From the NCBI GenBank assembly GCA_963815615.1, contig CAWFHF010000003.1:6647-70646 (forward strand): DNA of 64,000 nt. Direction: 5' to 3'. This DNA comes from an uncultured Actinomycetota bacterium (GTDB taxonomy: Bacteria > Actinomycetota > Actinomycetes > Mycobacteriales > SCTD01). Positions 57,982 to 64,000 of the stretch are shown piece after piece (position 1 is the stretch's first letter; each line of letters starts with the position of its first letter). Under the pieces are notes generated by a model. It was not told where the DNA came from. It saw nothing but the letters and a program-made list of their open reading frames with translations, and searched no databases. Position numbers and translations under genes: made by a program.

Positions 57982-58996
57982 CTACGGGCCGGTGACCCCG
58001 CTGACCGTGAACGGCCGCGGCGTCCCCTTCGCGCTGCGGACGTCGAACTGGCTGTTCACCACGAGCAGCTGGTCGCCGGAGAAGGCCGCCGTCGTCGGGT
58101 AGCGGAAGGTGCCGTTGGTGACCTGGCCGTAGAGGGTGCCGCGCGACCCGTCGCGGGTCAGCTTGACCTTGCTGATCACGCCGTTGGCGTTGCGGACGGC
58201 GTACAGGACGTCGCCGCGCAGCTCGAGGCCGTCGCCGTTGACGAGCGCCTTGCCGCGCAGGTCGACCTGCGTCACGGCCTTGGTGGCGAGCACGACCCGG
58301 AACAGCCTGCCCGTGCCGCTCTGGACGACGAGCAGGCTGCGGCCGTCCGGGCTCAGCGTGATGCCGTTGGCGTTGAAGCCCTCGACGTAGCGGAACGCGG
58401 TGCCGGTGAAGTCGCGGAACACGGGCAGGGGCTGCGTCGCCGCGGTGCCGGTGCCCCGGGCGATCTGGGCCGCCGGGATGCGGTACAGGACCGGGCGGTT
58501 CGAGTCGGTGACGTAGGCGTCGCCGTTCGGGGCGATCGCGACGTCGTTGAGGAACGTCGGCGCGGTCCCGCCGTTGTCGTAGCGCGCGACCAGCGCGCCG
58601 GTGCGGGTGTCGTAGACGTGGACCTGGCCGGTGCCGCCGCCGGCGACGACGAGCCGGTCGCCCGCGCGGGTGACCTCGAGGCCGACGGCGGTCGCTCCGG
58701 CCGTCGGTGCCCGGCTCCTTGAAGATCGTCAGGGACCGGCTGCGGGTGGTGCCGCGGAACAGGGTGCCGTCGGTGGTCGAGGTGACGTAGAAGACGTCCT
58801 GGAAGGACGTGACGCCCTCGGGGTAGACCTCGTCCCCCGGGATCGCGTAGGTCGTGGTGCGGGTGGCGGCCTGCGCGGGGGCGAGGCCCGTGCCGGCGAC
58901 GAGGGCGGTCGCGAGCAGGGGGGCGGCCAGGGCGAGAGCGGTGCGGGCGCGGGACAAGGCGGGCTCCAGGTCGTGGTCGGGGTGTTGCACGTGCAA
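57982..58996 (-). CDS. secreted SMP-30/gluconolactonase-like beta-propeller protein; frameshifted
   Basis: Signal peptide ending AQA; repeated blades YPEGV, FLNDVAI, AYVTDS, NANGI, NGDGL, YPTT. Confidence 0.78.
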
Positions 58997-59009
58997 GCAC
59001 CCTGCCCCG

Positions 59010-59913
59010 CTACGCCTCGGTCCGCACCTCCCCGCCCCCGTCGGAGGCCCAGTCCGTGATGAGCCGCCAGGCGATGCTCACCGGCGGGGGCAGCAGCAGG
59101 CCGGGCGTGTGCTCGTCGGCCCAGCCGCCTGCCGCCCGCACCTGCTCGCGGGTGAACCAGGCGACCTCGGCCAGCTCGCCGTCCAGGCACTCCGGCTCGG
59201 CGTCGCCGTCGCAGACCGCCCAGAACCCGAGCATGAGGCTGGCCGGGAACGGCCACGGCTGGCTGCCCCGGTAGACGACGTCGCGGCAGACCAGGCCCGA
59301 CTCCTCGGCGACCTCGCGGGCGACCGCCTGCTCGAGCGACTCCCCCGGCTCGACGAACCCGGCGAGGGTGGAGAAGCGGCGCTGCGGCCACACCGCCTGG
59401 CGGCCGAGCACGCACCGGTCGGCGCCGTCGGTGACCAGCACGATGATCGCCGGGTCGGTGCGCGGGTGGTGGGTGTGGCCCTCGGGGCAGGCCCGCTCGG
59501 CGCCGCCCTTCGTGCTCGCCGTCGGCTGGCCGCAGACCGAGCAGCGCGGGTGCGCGGCGTGCCAGTTCGCCAGGCCGACGGCGTGGGTCAGCAGGCCGGC
59601 GTCGCGCGCGGGCAGGCGGGCCCCGACGTCCCGCAGCGACGCCGTCCTCCCGGGGCGCCGCGGGAGCGGGCCGGACGACCGCGAAGTACGGGCCGTCGTC
59701 GTCGCGGCCGAGGTAGAGGCGGTCGCCGTCGGGCGCCTCCTCGGGGCCGACGAGCGCCAGGGCGGGCCCCTCCAGGCGGACGGTGCCGTCGTCGACGACG
59801 AGCACCCGCGCCTGCGCCCACGCCTGCGCGAGCGCGGCGTCGTCGGCGCGGGTGGCGCCGTCGCGGTCGACGGTGGCCCGGGAGAGGGCGGGGACGTCGC
59901 CCGGCGGGGTCAT
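59010..59913 (-). CDS. nudC: NADH pyrophosphatase NudC (apparent frameshift ~59640)
   Basis: CSVCG, PRTDPA, Nudix box AGFVEPGESLEQAVAREVAEESG, SQPWPFP. Confidence 0.92.
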
Positions 59914-61280
59914 GCGCGCTCGAGCCCGAGCACCGACCCGACCGGGGCCTCGACCGCGGCGGCGTCGCCGACCAGCACCGCCGTCAGCCGGGAGGGCGCG
60001 AGGTACTGCGCGGCGGCGGCCTGCACGTCCTCGACGGTCACGGCGGCGAGCGCCCTGGGGTGGTCGCGCAGGTGCTCGACGCCGAGGCCGGCGGCCGTCA
60101 GGACCGACAGCGTGCTGGCGAGCCCCGCCTGGCTCGACGTCGACAGGGCGAGCGAGCCGACGGCGTAGCGGCGGGCCTGGTCGAGCTCGGCCTGCGGGAC
60201 GGGGACGGTGGCGATGCGGCCGAGCTCGTACAGCGTCTCGAGCACCGACGGCCCGGTGACCTCGGTGGCGACGTCGGCGGCGACGACGACGCGCGAGCCG
60301 GCCGGCGGGTGCTCGACCCCGGAGTGCGGGCTGTACGTGTAGCCCTTGTCCTCGCGGATGTTGGCGACCCAGCGGCTGGAGAAGTAGCCGCCGAAGACCA
60401 GGTTGGCCAGCGAGAAGGCGGCGTAGCCGGGGTCGGTGCGCCGGGGGGCGGGGCCGGCCCAGCGCAGCGTCGTCTGCACCGACCCGGGGCGGTCGACCAG
60501 CAGGGCCGGCTGCGGGGCGACGACGGGCACCGGCGGGGTGTCGACGGCGGCGGCCTCGGCGGTCCAGCCCGACAGCGCCGCCTCGGCGCTCGCCAGCAGC
60601 TTCGCCGGCGGAGCGTCCCCGACGACGACGAGCACGCTGCCGGCGGGGGCGACCCGCTTGGCGTGCAGCGACCGCAGGTTGCCCGGCGACACGTCCTGCA
60701 CGGCTTCCGCGGTCGGCAGCTCGCGGCCGTAGGGGTGGTCGCCGTAGAGCCGGCGGACCAGCGCCTCGCGGGCGGCGACGCTGGGCTGGGTGCGGTAGAT
60801 GGCCAGCTCCTGCACGAGCCGGTCGCGCTCGCCGAGCACCTCGCGCTTGGGGTAGCTGGCCGAGGTGAGCACCTCGGCGACCAGCTCGAGCAGCCCGGGC
60901 AGGCCGCTGGTGAGGACCGAGCCGCCCATGCTCAGGCGGTCGGCGTCGGTGCTGGCCGACAGCTGCCCGCCGAGCGCCTGCACGTCGGCGGCGATCTGCC
61001 CGGCGTCGCGGCGGTCGGTGCCCGACAGCAGGGTGTCGCCCAGCAGCGAGGCGCGGGCGACGTGCTGCTCGCCGTCCTTGGCCACCCCGCGGCGGCTGGG
61101 CGCGGCGAACGGGATGCGCAGCCGCAGCTCGGTCAGCGGGACGCCGGGGCGGCGGACGGCGAGCACGCGCAGCCCGTTGTCGAGGACCCGCTCCCCCACC
61201 GTCGGGAGCTTGGCGGTCCGCGGCTTCGTCAGCGACGGGACGGGGCGCGGGTCGGTGGTCGTCACTGCGGGTGTGCTCAC
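59910..61280 (-). CDS. M16 peptidase family protein, non-catalytic subunit
   Basis: LDNGLRV, YGDHPYG, FGGYFSSR..NIREDKGYTY; no HxxEH motif. Confidence 0.88.
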   Translation of the reverse strand: MSTPAVTTTDPRPVPSLTKPRTAKLPTVGERVLDNGLRVLAVRRPGVPLTELRLRIPFAAPSRRGVAKDGEQHVARASLLGDTLLSGTDRRDAGQIAADVQALGGQLSASTDADRLSMGGSVLTSGLPGLLELVAEVLTSASYPKREVLGERDRLVQELAIYRTQPSVAAREALVRRLYGDHPYGRELPTAEAVQDVSPGNLRSLHAKRVAPAGSVLVVVGDAPPAKLLASAEAALSGWTAEAAAVDTPPVPVVAPQPALLVDRPGSVQTTLRWAGPAPRRTDPGYAAFSLANLVFGGYFSSRWVANIREDKGYTYSPHSGVEHPPAGSRVVVAADVATEVTGPSVLETLYELGRIATVPVPQAELDQARRYAVGSLALSTSSQAGLASTLSVLTAAGLGVEHLRDHPRALAAVTVEDVQAAAAQYLAPSRLTAVLVGDAAAVEAPVGSVLGLERA

Positions 61281-62611
61281 TGCTGGCCCTCCGGGCGGAG
61301 CTCGAGGACGGCCCGGTCCAGGCCGAGGGTGGCGGCCGCGGCCTGCACCTGCGCGTCGGTGACCTGCGCGAGCAGCGCCGGCACCTCGTTGACCAGCTCG
61401 GCGCGGCCGCGCTGCTGCTCGAACACGCTCATCGTCAGGCTGCGGCCGAGGACGGGGTCGACCTCGCGCAGGTAGCGGCTCGTCATGCGGGCGACCGTGC
61501 GGTCGAGCTCACCGGCGGTGAGGCCGTCCTGGGCCAGCCGGTCGAGCTCCTCGTCGACGGTCCGCAGCACGGTGTCGACCGGCGTCTCGCTCGGGTGGTG
61601 CACCTCGACGATGAGCGGCGTGGGGTCGCGGGCGTCGAGCGGGTCGCCCATGACGCCGAGGTAGCCGCCGACGCTGGTGACCATCCGGTCGCGCAGGACG
61701 AGCCGCTCGTTGAGCCGGGCGGCGTCGCCGTCGGTGAGCACCTCGGCCAGCACGACGTAGGGCAGGTAGGCGTCCAGGTCCGCCGGGTCGGGGACCCGCC
61801 AGCCGAGCGCGACGGCCGGCGTCGGGGCGATGCGGTCGTGGACGACGTCGCGGCGCTCGCCCGCCGGCGCGGGCTCGTCGAAGGACGGCCGCTCGGGGAC
61901 GGCGCGCGCGGGGATGTCCCCGAAGTGCTGCTCGGCCAGCCGCAGGACCTCGGCGGCGTCGACGTCGCCCGCGACGGTGAGCACCGCGTTGCCCGGGGCG
62001 TAGTAGCGGTCGAAGAACTGCTGGGCGTCCTGCAGGGTGGCGCTCTCGAGGTCGACGAAGTCGCCGTAGCCGTTGTGCGCGTTCGGGAAGGTCTCGAACA
62101 TCACCGGCGGCAGGGTGATCCAGGGGAACCCGCCGTAGGGCCGGTTCATCACGTTGACGCGGATCTCGTTCTGGACGACGGCGACCTGGTTCTCCAGGTT
62201 GTCCTGCGTCAGCGCGACGCTGCGCATCCGGTCGGCCTCGAGGAACATCGCGAGCTCGGTCGCGTTGCTCGGCAGCATCTCGTAGTAGTTGGTGTAGTCC
62301 AGGTGCGTCGAGCCGTTGAGCGTGCCGCCCGCGCCCTGCACGAGGGTGAAGTGCTCGGTCTTGCCGAGGCTGGCGCTGCCCTGGAACATCAGGTGCTCGA
62401 ACAGGTGCGCGAAGCCGGTGCGGCCCTCGGGCTCGCTGCGGATCCCGACGTCGTAGTAGACGGCGACCGCCACCACCGGGCTGCTGCTGTCGGGGCTGAC
62501 GACGACGCGCAGGCCGTTGCCGAGCGTCGCGCGCTCGACGGCGTACGACGTGGTGGAGGTCCCGTGGCGGGCGCTGCTCGGGCGGGGGCTGCTCTTGCTG
62601 CGGGGCGGCAC
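61277..62611 (-). CDS. M16 zinc peptidase, catalytic subunit
   Basis: GFAHLFEHLMFQGS (HxxEH), NGST, EADRM, YYAPGNA. Confidence 0.92.
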   Translation of the reverse strand: MPPRSKSSPRPSSARHGTSTTSYAVERATLGNGLRVVVSPDSSSPVVAVAVYYDVGIRSEPEGRTGFAHLFEHLMFQGSASLGKTEHFTLVQGAGGTLNGSTHLDYTNYYEMLPSNATELAMFLEADRMRSVALTQDNLENQVAVVQNEIRVNVMNRPYGGFPWITLPPVMFETFPNAHNGYGDFVDLESATLQDAQQFFDRYYAPGNAVLTVAGDVDAAEVLRLAEQHFGDIPARAVPERPSFDEPAPAGERRDVVHDRIAPTPAVALGWRVPDPADLDAYLPYVVLAEVLTDGDAARLNERLVLRDRMVTSVGGYLGVMGDPLDARDPTPLIVEVHHPSETPVDTVLRTVDEELDRLAQDGLTAGELDRTVARMTSRYLREVDPVLGRSLTMSVFEQQRGRAELVNEVPALLAQVTDAQVQAAAATLGLDRAVLELRPEGQQ

Positions 62612-62713
62612 GTCGCGACGCTAGTACGGGCGGTCGGGCCCGCACCTCGGCAGGAGTCCGGGCCCCGACGTCGAAACGTGAGGGCAACTCGTCTTCTCCT
62701 CGGAGGCTCTCCC

Positions 62714-64000
62714 GTGCACGCTCTCGTCCGACGCACCCTGCTCGCCGGCCTCACCGGCACGCTCACCGTCTCCGCCGCCTGGGCCGGCGTCGGGCTGGCC
62801 CCCGTGGCCGGGCTCGGCACCGACCCCGTGCCCGCGCCGCTCGCCCCGGTCGTGCAGCAGGCCGCGGCCGCCGTCGGCGCCGGCCCGGTCGAGCAGGTCC
62901 CCGCCGGGACGGCCGGCACGCCGGTCGCCGTCGGCACCCGCGGGGAGCTGCCCGCGCTCAAGGACGACGAGATCTACGTCGGCGCCGCCAAGACCGACCT
63001 GCTGCCCCGCCCGCAGGACGCGCAGAAGGAGTTCCCCGGGGCCCGCTGGGAGCAGGACCGGAGCAAGTGCCTGGTGCTCGACCCGGTGTTCCTGGAGCGG
63101 CTCGCCGCCGACACCTCGGGCGAGGCCGACCACCTCGCCGCCGCCGGCTCCCCGTGGCCGGAGAACCCGAACTGCCTCTACATGGGCGGCTACGGGCTCG
63201 GGCCGATGAACCCGATCAGCACCTTCGACCCCGAGCTGGGCCTGTGGGTGCGCGCGATCGCGCTCGGCGACGGCGAGGACCTCACCGTCCTCACGGTCAT
63301 CGACGCCGAGGGCTACCTGTGGGACTACGCGAACAAGTGCGACGACTGCGGCATCAAGCAGCTCGGTGAGCGGCTCGCCGCCGACCCCGAGCTCGCCGCC
63401 CGCGGCATGAAGGCCGACTCCTTCAACCTGCACGCCACCCACAGCCACACCTCGCTGGACCTCATCGGCGGCTGGGGCTTCGTCCCCGACTGGTACATGG
63501 CGCAGGTCGAGAAGACGATCCTGGACACCGTCCGCGAGGCCGTCCTCACCATGCAGCCCGCCACCCTGCAGGCCGGCGTCGCCGACGCCCGCCGCCACAA
63601 CAGCGAGCGCCGCGGCACCTACCGCTCGGCCGAGGAGAGCCAGCTGTCGTGGCTGCGCGCCGTGACGCGCAAGAAGGAGACCGTCGCGACGCTCGGGGCC
63701 TTCGCCGCCCACCCGGTGACCCAGGACACCGACCAGGGCGTCGCCCACGCCGACTGGCCCGGCTACTTCGCGAAGGCCGCGGAGGACCGCTTCGGCGGCA
63801 TCGGCATGCACCTCATGACCGGCCTCGGCAACGTCACCGGCGCCCGTGGCCGCCCGCGCGACGCCGAGGGCCACACGACGGCCAAGACCAGCACCGGTGA
63901 CGCCCTCGTCGCCCTGATCCCCGACGCCGGCACGGTCGTCGCCCACCCCGACCTGCGGACCGCGTCGACCACGTGGCGCCAGCCGGTGACCAACGCGCCG
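62714..64000 (+). CDS. secreted neutral/alkaline-ceramidase-like metallohydrolase (runs off the window)
   Basis: GGAGG RBS; hand translation from GTG 62714 is open to the window end: VRRTLL signal, YMGGYG, LWVRAIAL, HATHSHT..D, FAAHP, ADWPG, GLGNV. Absent from the ORF track because there is no stop. Confidence 0.7.
   Translation, partial: MHALVRRTLLAGLTGTLTVSAAWAGVGLAPVAGLGTDPVPAPLAPVVQQAAAAVGAGPVEQVPAGTAGTPVAVGTRGELPALKDDEIYVGAAKTDLLPRPQDAQKEFPGARWEQDRSKCLVLDPVFLERLAADTSGEADHLAAAGSPWPENPNCLYMGGYGLGPMNPISTFDPELGLWVRAIALGDGEDLTVLTVIDAEGYLWDYANKCDDCGIKQLGERLAADPELAARGMKADSFNLHATHSHTSLDLIGGWGFVPDWYMAQVEKTILDTVREAVLTMQPATLQAGVADARRHNSERRGTYRSAEESQLSWLRAVTRKKETVATLGAFAAHPVTQDTDQGVAHADWPGYFAKAAEDRFGGIGMHLMTGLGNVTGARGRPRDAEGHTTAKTSTGDALVALIPDAGTVVAHPDLRTASTTWRQPVTNAP

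Overview
Very GC-rich actinobacterial chromosomal segment. The gene set and order (mreBCD-mrdA-rodA, mycoredoxin, whiB7, uvrD2, paired M16 peptidases) resemble Frankiales/Geodermatophilales-type actinomycetes; that taxon call is inference. Most of the window is conserved backbone on the minus strand: nadD, CoxE/MoxR, proA/proB, obgE, rpmA/rplU, rne, a radical SAM pair, rodA-mrdA-mreDCB, ndk, folC, valS, clpX-clpP-clpP-tig and tRNA-Pro/tRNA-Gly. An accessory stretch follows (esterases, PucR-type regulator, lipoprotein, GGDEF/EAL protein, amidohydrolase, TauE, transhydrogenase), then the whiB7-uvrD2-mrx1-nudC-M16 region. Many genes, including essential ones, have single-base frameshifts, most simply explained as long-read consensus errors, so many coordinates are reconstructed across frames and are approximate. 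I found no CRISPR array, integrase, transposase, prophage or obvious defence system. The most interesting observations are: (1) an alkaline-phosphatase/NPP-superfamily enzyme whose catalytic motifs are circularly permuted; (2) a fully readable whiB7 attenuation locus (promoter, 117-aa uORF, antiterminator/terminator) with an unexplained ~60-bp element duplicated on both sides of whiB7 and a small basic downstream gene; (3) a large membrane-anchored TPR protein ending in what looks like a catalytically dead site-2-protease-like domain; (4) degenerate copies of the tRNA-Gly 3' end in tandem at the start of the accessory block. All calls come from reading motifs by eye; no database searches were run.
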